This document shows positions 18,017 to 27,476 of a stretch of 28,207 nt of DNA, in pieces; within the stretch, counting starts at the first letter, position 1; every line of letters begins with the position of its first letter. The notes beneath the pieces were generated by a model. That model saw nothing but the letters and a program-made list of their open reading frames with translations, was not told the DNA's origin and did not search any database. Source of the stretch: Myxococcota bacterium (GTDB lineage: Bacteria > Myxococcota > JACRCW01); the NCBI GenBank assembly GCA_040752415.1, contig JBFMGU010000139.1, positions 1-28,207 on the forward strand. Direction: 5' to 3'. The position numbers and the translations under genes are program-made.

Positions 18017-20683
18017 ATGACCACGTTCCATGTCCAGCGGGGAGTGCAGTTCAAGACGGAGCTGTATCGCGGTCCGGACCGCAACGCCTGGTTCAAGGCG
18101 GTGGGTGATGAGCTGGCCGCGCGCAAGCTGACCATCCAGCTCGCCCCCGGCGTCGAGGTGAAGAACGCCGACGACCTCGTGGCGCTGATGGGCCGCTTCA
18201 AGAACGACCGCGCCGCGCTGGCCGCCGCCATCGGCCTGCCCGCCGAGACCACCGTCGAGAACTACATCGGCGACATCATCCAGGCGCTCGACGACGCGGT
18301 GAGCCCCACCTCCAACGTCAAGGACAAGATGCTGGACTTCCGTCCGTCGAGCGACATCGGGAAGCTGCTCGGCCTGGACACCAAGGCGCGTTATGCGTCG
18401 GGCAGCACCCAGTTCGGCAAGCAGGGCGCGCAGCCCACCTTCAGCGTGCTGGGCATCCAGCTCTCGCGCAGCGCCGCCCCGGTGGATCCGCTCGAGGGCA
18501 AGGCCTTCATTGACTCCACCACCTTCGCCGCCGGGGGTTATGCGGGCTGGAACCGTGACAGCGTCGAGCTTGAGCAGGTGATGGGCGTGACCGGCATGGA
18601 CCCCATGGCGCTGCTGGACCTGCTGCGCAGCACCAACGCCGCGGGGCGCTCGGTGTACCAGCGGCTGCGCAAGCCGGAGGTCTGTGAGGCGTTCACGCTC
18701 GGCTACAGCGGCGTCGGCATCGACGACATGAAGTGGGACTCCGAGAGCCACCGCACGCGCGAGGCCAATCGTTTCGTCTCGCTGACCGTCGAGGGCGGCC
18801 GCTTCGAGCCCGACCAGCGCACCGGTGAGCGGGAGATCTCGCTGGGCACCGACAAGATGGACGACGTCTACTACGACACCAACAAGTTCGACCTGCTGAA
18901 GAACGGGATGAGCGTTCGTGGTCGCGCGCGTTGGGACACGGACACGGAGATCCGTCGTCTGCTCGTCGGCGTGAAGGCGGACAGCCAGATTGACGAGTTC
19001 GGGCTGAAGCGCTGCGCCAAGGTGGACGTGCGCAATGACAGCGCCACCCCCGACGACATCAAGAACCTGGACACCGACGTGCGCCGTGGCAAGGTGGCCT
19101 GGAACAACGCCGACGCGCCGCTGGACCCGCTCAAGGGCGTCTACGACAAGCTGAGCAGCAAGGGCGCGCTCCCCAACGTGGGCCCGCACGAGAAGGTGCT
19201 CCTCATGGAGCCCAAGTTCCACGTGCGCAGCGTCCGCAGCCGCTACCACCTCAACGAGACCAGCCTCAGCTCCATCAAGCAGCAGTACAAGGCCTGCACC
19301 GAGGACAAGTTGAAGCAGGTGCTGGACCTTGTCACCAAGGCCAAGGCGGGCGCGCAGGGCGCGGACCTGGAGACGCTGGGCAAGCTGGAGAAGACCGGGC
19401 AGGGGCTGCTCGACGGTAGCCTGGTGACGTCGCTGGTGACCGACAAGCTGAAGGCCATTGACCCCAACATGGACGTCACCCTCGACGCGGTGAAGGCGCT
19501 CATGCCCAAGGCCGACGGCAACAGCTGGAACACGCCGCAGAACGACACGCTCTCCGTCGAGAAGAAGCGCGTGGTCTCCGAGGCCATCTGCGAGGCGTTC
19601 CACACCTACGCGGAGGAGATCGACGGCGCGCGTCGACTCATCGCCGGGGCCAAGGACCGTGCGCTGGCGCCGTACGCGGACATGTTCGTGCGTTGGCAGA
19701 AGGCGGCGGACAAGAACCTGCTCAACAAGAACACCTATGAGCCGTTCCTGGCGTCGTACGACAAGCTGGTGGCGCTGCCGCAGGCGGACCTGGACACGCA
19801 GCTCAAGGCCTTCAATGACCACGGCACGGCGCAGAAGGCCGCGGGTGATCGTCGGTTCCGCGACTTCCAGCCGCTGACGTCGGACCAGCTCAAGGCGCTG
19901 CGCCCGCACCTGGTGAATGAGATGCTGGACATCAACCACCGTCAGCTGGAGGCGGGTGGCACCATGGCCAGCACGCTGTGGTTCGACGAGGCACGCTCCT
20001 TCTACGTGCCGCAGAGCTACCGCAACACCAGCAACTTCCTCATCGACACCACCGACCTCAGCGAGTTCGTGAAGCACGACGCGTGGGGGTCCATCCCCGA
20101 GGGCGAGCGCACGCCCGCCAAGCCGCTTCCCAAGGACAAGATCTTCCACGCCATGCTGGTGAACGAGACGCAGATCGAGCTGGGCTTGGAGAAGCCCTAC
20201 CTGGACCGCATGGCGGAGATGCAGAAGGGCATCAACGTCGACCGTGCCAGCCTGGTGATGAAGTTCCTGGAGCAGGGCGCCACGCCGGCCGCCGACCCCG
20301 CCGTGCATCACGACGCATTGAAGGCGCTCTTGGCGAGCCCGGAGAAGGACGCGCACCTGCAGAAGATCAACGCGTTCATCAAGGCGCAGGGCAGCGCGCT
20401 GGCTCCGGTGACGGCGGAGGAGCTTGCCCGTCTGGAGAAGGACGTCTTCACCGCCGCCAACCGCGACCTCGCCGTGCGCACCACGCCGGACAAGGAGAAG
20501 TCGCTGGAGGGCGCGCGCTTCGTGTTCGAGCAGTACCGCAATGCGCAGAAGTTCATCGTCGAGGCGAAGGGTGAGCGCATCATGAAGGTGCTGAAGGACG
20601 CGGGCGCGCCGCAGAACCTCGGCTGGAAGCAGACCGACGCGTCCAAGGGCGACACCGGGATGAAGCTGCTGGCCAATCCCTGA
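18017..20683 (+). CDS. 888-aa hypothetical protein with dispersed CYTH/triphosphate-tunnel-like motifs
   Basis: Long ORF with strong GC3 bias and RBS GGGGAG at 18003-18008. Contains VELE, DDVYYDT..FDLLKNGMSVRGR, VGVK, RSVRSRYHL, FLID, ETQIE and SKGDTGMKLL. The CDS itself is well supported; the CYTH assignment is moderate. Confidence 0.75.
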   Translation: MTTFHVQRGVQFKTELYRGPDRNAWFKAVGDELAARKLTIQLAPGVEVKNADDLVALMGRFKNDRAALAAAIGLPAETTVENYIGDIIQALDDAVSPTSNVKDKMLDFRPSSDIGKLLGLDTKARYASGSTQFGKQGAQPTFSVLGIQLSRSAAPVDPLEGKAFIDSTTFAAGGYAGWNRDSVELEQVMGVTGMDPMALLDLLRSTNAAGRSVYQRLRKPEVCEAFTLGYSGVGIDDMKWDSESHRTREANRFVSLTVEGGRFEPDQRTGEREISLGTDKMDDVYYDTNKFDLLKNGMSVRGRARWDTDTEIRRLLVGVKADSQIDEFGLKRCAKVDVRNDSATPDDIKNLDTDVRRGKVAWNNADAPLDPLKGVYDKLSSKGALPNVGPHEKVLLMEPKFHVRSVRSRYHLNETSLSSIKQQYKACTEDKLKQVLDLVTKAKAGAQGADLETLGKLEKTGQGLLDGSLVTSLVTDKLKAIDPNMDVTLDAVKALMPKADGNSWNTPQNDTLSVEKKRVVSEAICEAFHTYAEEIDGARRLIAGAKDRALAPYADMFVRWQKAADKNLLNKNTYEPFLASYDKLVALPQADLDTQLKAFNDHGTAQKAAGDRRFRDFQPLTSDQLKALRPHLVNEMLDINHRQLEAGGTMASTLWFDEARSFYVPQSYRNTSNFLIDTTDLSEFVKHDAWGSIPEGERTPAKPLPKDKIFHAMLVNETQIELGLEKPYLDRMAEMQKGINVDRASLVMKFLEQGATPAADPAVHHDALKALLASPEKDAHLQKINAFIKAQGSALAPVTAEELARLEKDVFTAANRDLAVRTTPDKEKSLEGARFVFEQYRNAQKFIVEAKGERIMKVLKDAGAPQNLGWKQTDASKGDTGMKLLANP

Positions 20684-20791
20684 GGCGCCCCCGGTTCACC
20701 GTGACGACGACATCTTGTGGCGCGGACCATTCCTGTCTGCGATCCCACGGCGGAGTGGCCGGCCGCACCAGCCCCCACTAAGGTGCGCGCC

Positions 20792-21706
20792 ATGTCCTCC
20801 AACGCCTTCCGCACCGGTGCCGCTCTTGGCCTGACCATGTCTCTTGCCGCCGCGCCCGCCGTGGGCGGACGCGCCGCTCCCGTCGTCGACCACGAGGCGG
20901 AAGTGCGTGCCTGGCACAAGGACCGCATCGCCCGTCTCACCAGCGAGACCGGGTGGCTCACCGTGGTGGGTCTGTTCTGGCTCAAGGAGGGCGAGAACAC
21001 CTTCGGCTCTGCCGCGGGCAATGACCTGGTGTTCCCGGGCAGGGCGCCGGCGCGCATGGGTCGGTTCACGCTCAAGGGTGACAACGTGACGCTGACGTTG
21101 GAGAGCGGCGTGACGGTGACGCTGGGGGACAAGCCGTTCACCGGCGGCGCGGTACGCACCGACGCACAAGGTGGTCCCGACGTGCTCAAGCACGGTTCGC
21201 TGATGTTCAACCTCATCCAGCGCGGCCCCAAGGTCGGCGTGCGGCTGAAGGACTCGGAGTCGGAGGCGCGCAAGGCCTTCAAGGGCATCGAGACGTATCC
21301 GGTCCGTCGGGAGTGGCGCGTGGAGGCGCGCTGGGAGCCGCACAAGGAGCCCAGGAAGATTCCCGTGTCCAACGTCATTGGCATGACCGAGCCCATGGAC
21401 GCGCCCGGGGTGGCGGTGTTCACCGTCGGCGGGAAGGAGTACCGGCTGGAGCCCGTGATCGAGGAGCCCGGCGCCAACGAGCTGTTCTTCATCTTCGCCG
21501 ACGAGACGAGCCGGACCGAGACCTATGGCGCGGGTCGGTTCCTGTACACGTCCCTGCCCAGGGACGGGAAGCTCACCATCGACTTCAACAAGGCCTACAA
21601 CCCGCCGTGCGCGTTCACCAAATACGCCACGTGTCCGCTCCCGCCGCCGCAGAACCGTCTCGCGTTGCGTGTGGAGGCGGGTGAGAAGCGTTACGGCGAC
21701 CACTGA
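20792..21706 (+). CDS. DUF1684 family exported protein (~304 aa)
   Basis: GWLTVVGLFWL, FADETSRTETYGAGRFL, DFNKAYNPPCAFTKYATCPLPPPQNRL...AGEK. Signal-peptide-like N-terminus; TAAGGTG upstream of the ATG at 20792. Confidence 0.9.
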   Translation: MSSNAFRTGAALGLTMSLAAAPAVGGRAAPVVDHEAEVRAWHKDRIARLTSETGWLTVVGLFWLKEGENTFGSAAGNDLVFPGRAPARMGRFTLKGDNVTLTLESGVTVTLGDKPFTGGAVRTDAQGGPDVLKHGSLMFNLIQRGPKVGVRLKDSESEARKAFKGIETYPVRREWRVEARWEPHKEPRKIPVSNVIGMTEPMDAPGVAVFTVGGKEYRLEPVIEEPGANELFFIFADETSRTETYGAGRFLYTSLPRDGKLTIDFNKAYNPPCAFTKYATCPLPPPQNRLALRVEAGEKRYGDH

Positions 21707-21708
21707 TC

Positions 21709-24279
21709 ATGACCACCACCGCGCTTTCCTCGTCGACCTCGTGGCCGCTGGCCCGTCTCCTGCCCGAGGGCACGGCCAAGCTGGACCAGGATGAGGTGTT
21801 GAACCGTTTCCTCGCGTTCGTGGCGGAGCGCGGGCTCTCGCTCTACCCGGCGCAGGAGGAGGCGCTGCTGGAGATTGTGGCGGGGAAGAACATCATCATG
21901 AACACGCCCACCGGGAGCGGGAAGAGCCTGGTGGCGGAGGCCATGATCTTCAAGACGGTGTGCGACGGAAAGCGCGCCGTCTACACCTGTCCCATCAAGG
22001 CGCTGGTGAACGAGAAGTTCTTTGCGCTGTGCAATGACTTTGGTCCGGAGCGGGTGGGCATGATGACGGGAGACGCGGCCATCAACCGCGACGCGCCCAT
22101 CATCTGCTGCACCGCGGAAGTGCTGAGCAACTGGGCCTTGCGGCAGGGCGAGTACACGCCGGCGCAGGCCGTGATCATGGACGAGTTCCACTACTACACC
22201 GACCGCGAGCGCGGCGTGGCGTGGCAGGTCCCGCTCCTGACCATGCCGCAGAGCACGTTCCTGCTGATGAGCGCCACGCTCGGCGACACCACGCGCTTCG
22301 AGGAGGGACTGACGCGTCTCAACGGCAAGCCCACGGCGGTGATCCGCAGCATGCAGCGCCCCGTGCCGCTGGAGTTCGAGTACCGCGAGACGCCGCTTCA
22401 CGAGACCATCGAGGAGCTGATTGGGGAGCGGAAGTATCCCATCTACGTGGTGAACTTCACGCAGCGGGCGTGCGCGGAGGAAGCGCAGAACCTGATGAGC
22501 GTGAACTTCTGCACGCGCGAGGAGAAGCAGGCCATCAACGAGGCGCTGGCGGATTTCCACTTTGACACGCCGTACGGCAAGGAGATCCAGAAGTTCCTGC
22601 GTCATGGTCTGGGCCTGCACCACGCCGGTCTCCTGCCGAAGTACCGTCTGCTCACCGAGAAGCTGAGCCAGCAGGGCCTGCTGAAGATTGTGTGCGGGAC
22701 GGACACGTTGGGCGTGGGAGTGAACATCCCCATCCGCTGCGTGCTGTTCACCAAGCTGTGCAAGTACGACGGAGAGAAGACCGGCATCCTGAGCGTGCGG
22801 GAGTTCATGCAGATCAGCGGCCGGGCGGGTCGCAAGGGTTTTGACGACGAGGGCTTCGTGGTGGTGCAGGCGCCGGAGCATGTCATCGAGAACATCCGGA
22901 TTGACATGAAGAAGGCTTCGGACCCGCAGAAGTACAAGAAGCTGCAGAAGGCCAAGCCGCCGGAGAAGGGCTTTGTGCACTGGGACCGGCAGACGTTCGA
23001 GAAGCTGACCACGCGCCCGCCCGAGGAGCTGCAGAGCCGTTTCAACGTGAGCCACGGCATGCTGATCCACCTGTTGCAGTCGGACAATGGCAGTCGCCAG
23101 GGTGGCTACGGGCGCATGGTGGAGCTGATTTCCGCCAGCCACTCCGACGAGCGGACGAAGCGCGCGCACCGTCGGACGGGGCGGCTGTTGTTCCGTTCCC
23201 TGCTGCACGCGGAGCTGATCAAGCTGGTGCGCCGTCCCTCGGGACGCGGGCAGCTGGTGGAGGTGAGCTCCAGCCTGCAGCGCGACTTCTCGCTGAACAC
23301 CACGTTGTCGTTGTTTCTCGTCGAGACATTGGCGGCGTTGGACCCGGAGTCGGAGACCTACGCGCTGGATGTGCTGACGGTGGTGGAGTCCACGCTGGAG
23401 GACCCCGACACGATCTTGTTCCGCCAGTTGGACAAGCTGAAGAAGGAGAAGCTGGCGCAGCTGAAGGCGGAGGGCGTGGAGTACGAGCAGCGCATCGAGG
23501 AGCTGGAGAAGCTGGAGCATCCCAAGCCGCTGCGGGACTTCATCTACGGCACCTTCAACGCGTTCGCCGACAAGCACCCGTGGCTGGGGCAGAACAACAT
23601 CAAGCCCAAGAGCGTGGCGCGAGAGATGTATGAGCGTTTCTGCACCTTCCACGAGTACATCCGCGAGTACGAGCTGCAGCGCAGCGAGGGGCTGCTGTTG
23701 CGTTATCTCTCGGACACCTACAAGACGCTCTTGCAGACGGTGCCGGACAGCTACAAGACGCAGGAGGTCTACGAGATCACGGAGTACTTCCGGACGATGA
23801 TCCGCTCGGTGGACTCCAGTCTCGTCGACGAGTGGGAGGGCATGCAGGGCGGGGTGGGCAAGCGGGAGGGTCCACCGCCGTCACCCACGCGTCAGCCGGA
23901 CCTGGCGGAGAATCCCAAGGCCTTCACGGCGCGGGTGCGGTCGGAGATGCACCTGTTGCTCAAGGCGTTGGCGGACAAGGACTACGCGGCGGCGTTGGGC
24001 CTGATGTGTCCGGACCAGGATGACGCGTGGACGGTGGAGCGCCTGGAGTCATCGCTGAAGGACTACTACGCGACCTATCCGTCGATCATGGTGCACCACG
24101 GGGCGCGCACGGCGGCGCACACGTTGATCAAGGTGTTGGAGCCACGTCGGTGGAGTGTGGTGCAGACGTTGGTGGACCCGGAAGGTGACAACCAGTGGAT
24201 GCTGGACGCTGAAGTTGACCTGCGCGCTCGCAAGGACGTGGAGGGTCCATTGATCACGCTGCGCCGCATCGGCGTGTAG
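21709..24279 (+). CDS. Ski2/HelY-like DExH-box helicase with C-terminal DUF3516 (856 aa)
   Basis: Q motif YPAQEEA, PTGSGKS, PIKALVNEKF, MTGD, DEFH, SAT, HHAGL, TDTLGVGVNIP, QISGRAGRKG; later PKSVAREMYE and RSEGLLLRYLSDTYK typical of DUF3516 helicases. Confidence 0.9.
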   Translation: MTTTALSSSTSWPLARLLPEGTAKLDQDEVLNRFLAFVAERGLSLYPAQEEALLEIVAGKNIIMNTPTGSGKSLVAEAMIFKTVCDGKRAVYTCPIKALVNEKFFALCNDFGPERVGMMTGDAAINRDAPIICCTAEVLSNWALRQGEYTPAQAVIMDEFHYYTDRERGVAWQVPLLTMPQSTFLLMSATLGDTTRFEEGLTRLNGKPTAVIRSMQRPVPLEFEYRETPLHETIEELIGERKYPIYVVNFTQRACAEEAQNLMSVNFCTREEKQAINEALADFHFDTPYGKEIQKFLRHGLGLHHAGLLPKYRLLTEKLSQQGLLKIVCGTDTLGVGVNIPIRCVLFTKLCKYDGEKTGILSVREFMQISGRAGRKGFDDEGFVVVQAPEHVIENIRIDMKKASDPQKYKKLQKAKPPEKGFVHWDRQTFEKLTTRPPEELQSRFNVSHGMLIHLLQSDNGSRQGGYGRMVELISASHSDERTKRAHRRTGRLLFRSLLHAELIKLVRRPSGRGQLVEVSSSLQRDFSLNTTLSLFLVETLAALDPESETYALDVLTVVESTLEDPDTILFRQLDKLKKEKLAQLKAEGVEYEQRIEELEKLEHPKPLRDFIYGTFNAFADKHPWLGQNNIKPKSVAREMYERFCTFHEYIREYELQRSEGLLLRYLSDTYKTLLQTVPDSYKTQEVYEITEYFRTMIRSVDSSLVDEWEGMQGGVGKREGPPPSPTRQPDLAENPKAFTARVRSEMHLLLKALADKDYAAALGLMCPDQDDAWTVERLESSLKDYYATYPSIMVHHGARTAAHTLIKVLEPRRWSVVQTLVDPEGDNQWMLDAEVDLRARKDVEGPLITLRRIGV

Positions 24280-24301
24280 TCGTGAGGCGCGGGCGGCGCT
24301 T

Positions 24302-24330
24302 TGGGAGTGCGGTCTGCAATACCGCTTTGC
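24302..24330 (+). repeat. REP-like palindromic element, copy 2
   Basis: TGGGAGTGCGGTCTGCAATACCGCTTTGC, with GCGGT/ACCGC stem after GGAG. Confidence 0.65.
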
Positions 24331-24358
24331 ATCCGCCCGCCGAGTCTTCCGTCGGGTT

Positions 24359-24419
24359 CATCCGCGGGCGCCAGCCCCTTCGGTTTTGTCGATCCATCCG
24401 CGGGCGCCAGCCCTTTCGG
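24359..24419 (+). repeat. Two 25-bp direct repeats, 36-bp period
   Basis: CATCCGCGGGCGCCAGCCC(C/T)TTCGG at 24359-24383 and 24395-24419. Confidence 0.85.
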
Positions 24420-24460
24420 ACTGCGGTATGAAGTACCGCTTTCCCTCGGACTGCGCGTTC
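24418..24460 (+). repeat. REP-like palindromic element, copy 3
   Basis: GGACTGCGGTATGAAGTACCGCTTT...TCGGACTGCGCGTTC resembles 16738-16781, including the TCGGAC(C/T)GCGCG tail. Confidence 0.6.
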
Positions 24461-27400
24461 AACCCTCGAGCTCATCGGGCGGCGTGAACCCGCGACGCAT
24501 GGTGTTCTCGGTGGTGCAGCGCGGCACCATGAAGTGGTGCAGGTAGTCTGGCCCACCGGCCTTGGTCCCCACGCCACTCATGCGCGCGCCGCCGAACGGC
24601 TGCCGTCCGACGAGGGCGCCGGTGATTCCGCGGTTCAGATACAGGTTCCCCACGCGGAAGCGCTTGCGCGCGGTCTCCAGGTTCCCCGGGCTGCGCGAGA
24701 ACACGCCGCCGGTGAGTGCATACGGCGTGGAGTTCGCAATCCTGAGCGCATCCTCGAAATCCTTCGCGCGGACGACGGCGAGCACCGGCCCGAACAATTC
24801 GGTCTGCGCGAGCGCGTGGTCGGGCGGCACATCCTTGAACACGGTGGGCGGCACGAAGAACCCCTTGAGTCCCTCCGGCACCGGCTGCTCGACGAGCACC
24901 TTGAGCTCCCCCTTGCACTTCTCGACGAACTTCCTGAGCCGCTCCTGCGCCTCGCCATCGATCACGGGGGGCACATTGGTCGCCACGTGGGTCGGGTCTC
25001 CCACGCGCAGGTCCTTCACGGCTTCCTGGAGTCGGGCGCAGAACTGGTCATACGCCTCCTCCACCACCACCACACGACTGCACGCGGAGCACTTCTGTCC
25101 CGCGTAATCGAACGAGCTGCGCACCACCCCGAGGATGGCCTCGTCCAGGTCCGCATCCGCGTCGACGATGATGGCGTTCTTCCCGCCCATCTCGCAGACC
25201 ACGTGCTTGACGTTGCGCTGTCCGGACAGGGTTTTCCCGGCGGTCTCGAGGATGGAGAGCCCCACGTTCATGCTGCCGGTGAACGCAATGAGGTCCACCT
25301 CGGGGCTGGCCACCAGCGCGCGACCCACCACCTCACCCACGCCCGGCACGAAGTGCAGCACATCCGCGGGCGCGCCGGCCTCGACGAGGATGCGGAACAG
25401 GTGCGCGCCGATGACGGCGGACTGTTCGGCGGGCTTCATGATGACGGCGTTACCGGTGACCAGCGCGGCGGTGGTCATGCCGCAGAGGATGGCCAGCGGG
25501 AAGTTCCACGGTGCAATGACCACGGCCACGCCGCGCGGCTCGTAGAAGAGGTGGTTGAGCTCACCGGGGAAGTAGCCCATGCGTTGCGGGACACTGAGCC
25601 GCTTCATTTCGGCGGCGTAGTAGCGACAGAAGTCCACCGCCTCGCACACGTCGGCGTCGGCTTCCTTCCAGCTCTTGCCCACTTCCAGGGTGATGAGCGC
25701 GGTGAGTCGGGCGCGGTCCTTCTCCATGAGCTCCGCGGCCTTCTCCAGCACCGCGGTCCTTTGCGCCACATCGACCTCACGCCACCGCTCGAACCCCGCG
25801 CGCGCGGCGCTGAGCGCCTTCTGGGCCTCGGCCTCACCGGCGGAAGCCACCTTGCCAATGATCTCGCCGGGCACGGTGGGATTGACGGACGCCTCCCACT
25901 TCCCGGTGACGACCTTCTCGCCATGGATGACGACGGGATGTTCCTTCCCCAGCCACTCCGCGCGCACCTTGCGCAGCGCCTCGGCCACCTCGCCGCGCGG
26001 TCCGTCGAGGGCGAAGTCGAGCATGGCCAGGTTCTCGAACGTGTTCTTCCCATGGCCGGGGTTCTCCCCGTCGGTCTTCTGCGCGGTGGGGGCGCGGAGC
26101 AGGGCGTCCACGTCCACGCCGTCGTGGAAGCTGTGACGGAGGAAGCTCTGGTTGCTGGTGTTCTCCAGCAGGCGACGCACCAGGTAGGCCATGCCCGGCA
26201 GGAGCTCACCCACCGGCGCGTAGACGCGCACGCGCGGGCCCAGCTGGCGCACGGCCTTGCGCGCGGGCTCGGCCATGCCAAAGAGCATCTGCACCTCGTA
26301 CGCGCGTTCGGGGACCTTGAGCTCGCGGGCCAGGGCCACGGCGTGGGAGAGGCTGCGGATGTTGTGGGAGCCGAACGCGGGGCGCACGTGCTTCCAGTTC
26401 TCCAGCATGCGACGGGACAGCGCCTCGTAGTTGGCGTCGGTGTCCTCCTTGCGGCTGAACACCGGGCAGGGCCAGCCCTTCTGCGCGGCCAGCACGGTCT
26501 CGTAATCCCAGTAGGCGCCCTTCACGAGCCGCACGGTGATGGGGGTGCCGCGCTTCTGGGCCAGGATGATGAGGCGTTCCACGTCGGACTTGGAGTCGCG
26601 CAGGTAGGCCTGCACCACCACACCCAGGTGCGGGTAGTCCTTGAGCGCGGGGTCCAGGCAGAGGCGCTCGAAGAGGCGGTAGGTGACCTCGTGGAGGCTG
26701 AACTGCTCCATGTCCAGGTTGATGAACACGCCCAGCTCGCGGGCGCGCTTGAACAGGGGGAGCACGCGTTGGAAGAGGCGCTCGGTGCTGCCGTCGGGGT
26801 CGTTGCCGTCGATCTGGCTGTCCAGCGCGCTGATCTTGAGGGAGACGTTGACGCGCGGGCACTTCTCGCCGTCCACGCCCTCGTCCACCGCGGGCTCGGC
26901 GTTCCAGCCCGGCACCTCCTTGGCCAGCGTCTCGACGAGCTCCTCGTAGCGGTGCAGGTACTCCAGCGACTCCTTCTGGCTCACCGCGGCTTCACCCAGC
27001 AGGTCCACCGTGAAGGCCATGCCGGCCTTGTGCAGCTTCTTGAGCTCCTTGAGCGCGTCCTTCCCGTCGGTACCGACGATGAACTGCTCGGCCATCTGGG
27101 TGATGTTCTTCTTGATGGCGCCCGCGGCCAGCTTGGCGGTGAGTCCGCCGCCGCCCGCCGCGGAGAGGCCCCAGCTCATGACCGCGGGCATCTCGCTCTG
27201 GCCGTGCAGGAAGTACTCGTTGATGTGCTCGCTGAGCGACTCGCTGCTGCGCAGGGACGGGAGCACGTCGACGAAGCGGAACATGTCCACCTTGAAGCGC
27301 TCGTCCTTCATGGCCCAGTCCATGACCTTGCCGGTCCAGAACCCCTTGTCGAAGATGCCGGGCGTCTCGCCCTTCATGAGGTCAAACAGCTCGCGACCGA

Positions 27401-27476
27401 GCTTGCGGACGGCTTCTTCCTGCTGCGGGCTGGCGGGGGTTCCCTTGGCGGGTGGGGGGACGGTGGAGGTGGCCAT
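24459..27476 (-). CDS. putA: Bifunctional proline dehydrogenase / L-glutamate gamma-semialdehyde dehydrogenase (1005 aa, no DNA-binding domain evident)
   Basis: PRODH motifs FRFVDVLP, DLLGE, NLDME, RLVKGAYWD, SHN, YLVRRLLEN. ALDH motifs PWNFPLAI, KPAEQS, FTGS, EMGGKN, AGQKCSAC, ELFGP, FGGARMSG. Confidence 0.96.
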   Translation of the reverse strand: MATSTVPPPAKGTPASPQQEEAVRKLGRELFDLMKGETPGIFDKGFWTGKVMDWAMKDERFKVDMFRFVDVLPSLRSSESLSEHINEYFLHGQSEMPAVMSWGLSAAGGGGLTAKLAAGAIKKNITQMAEQFIVGTDGKDALKELKKLHKAGMAFTVDLLGEAAVSQKESLEYLHRYEELVETLAKEVPGWNAEPAVDEGVDGEKCPRVNVSLKISALDSQIDGNDPDGSTERLFQRVLPLFKRARELGVFINLDMEQFSLHEVTYRLFERLCLDPALKDYPHLGVVVQAYLRDSKSDVERLIILAQKRGTPITVRLVKGAYWDYETVLAAQKGWPCPVFSRKEDTDANYEALSRRMLENWKHVRPAFGSHNIRSLSHAVALARELKVPERAYEVQMLFGMAEPARKAVRQLGPRVRVYAPVGELLPGMAYLVRRLLENTSNQSFLRHSFHDGVDVDALLRAPTAQKTDGENPGHGKNTFENLAMLDFALDGPRGEVAEALRKVRAEWLGKEHPVVIHGEKVVTGKWEASVNPTVPGEIIGKVASAGEAEAQKALSAARAGFERWREVDVAQRTAVLEKAAELMEKDRARLTALITLEVGKSWKEADADVCEAVDFCRYYAAEMKRLSVPQRMGYFPGELNHLFYEPRGVAVVIAPWNFPLAILCGMTTAALVTGNAVIMKPAEQSAVIGAHLFRILVEAGAPADVLHFVPGVGEVVGRALVASPEVDLIAFTGSMNVGLSILETAGKTLSGQRNVKHVVCEMGGKNAIIVDADADLDEAILGVVRSSFDYAGQKCSACSRVVVVEEAYDQFCARLQEAVKDLRVGDPTHVATNVPPVIDGEAQERLRKFVEKCKGELKVLVEQPVPEGLKGFFVPPTVFKDVPPDHALAQTELFGPVLAVVRAKDFEDALRIANSTPYALTGGVFSRSPGNLETARKRFRVGNLYLNRGITGALVGRQPFGGARMSGVGTKAGGPDYLHHFMVPRCTTENTMRRGFTPPDELEG

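Noticed and set aside
24359..24419. Possible mini-CRISPR array
   Set aside because: Only two repeats with an 11-nt spacer, no leader, and no cas genes in the window.
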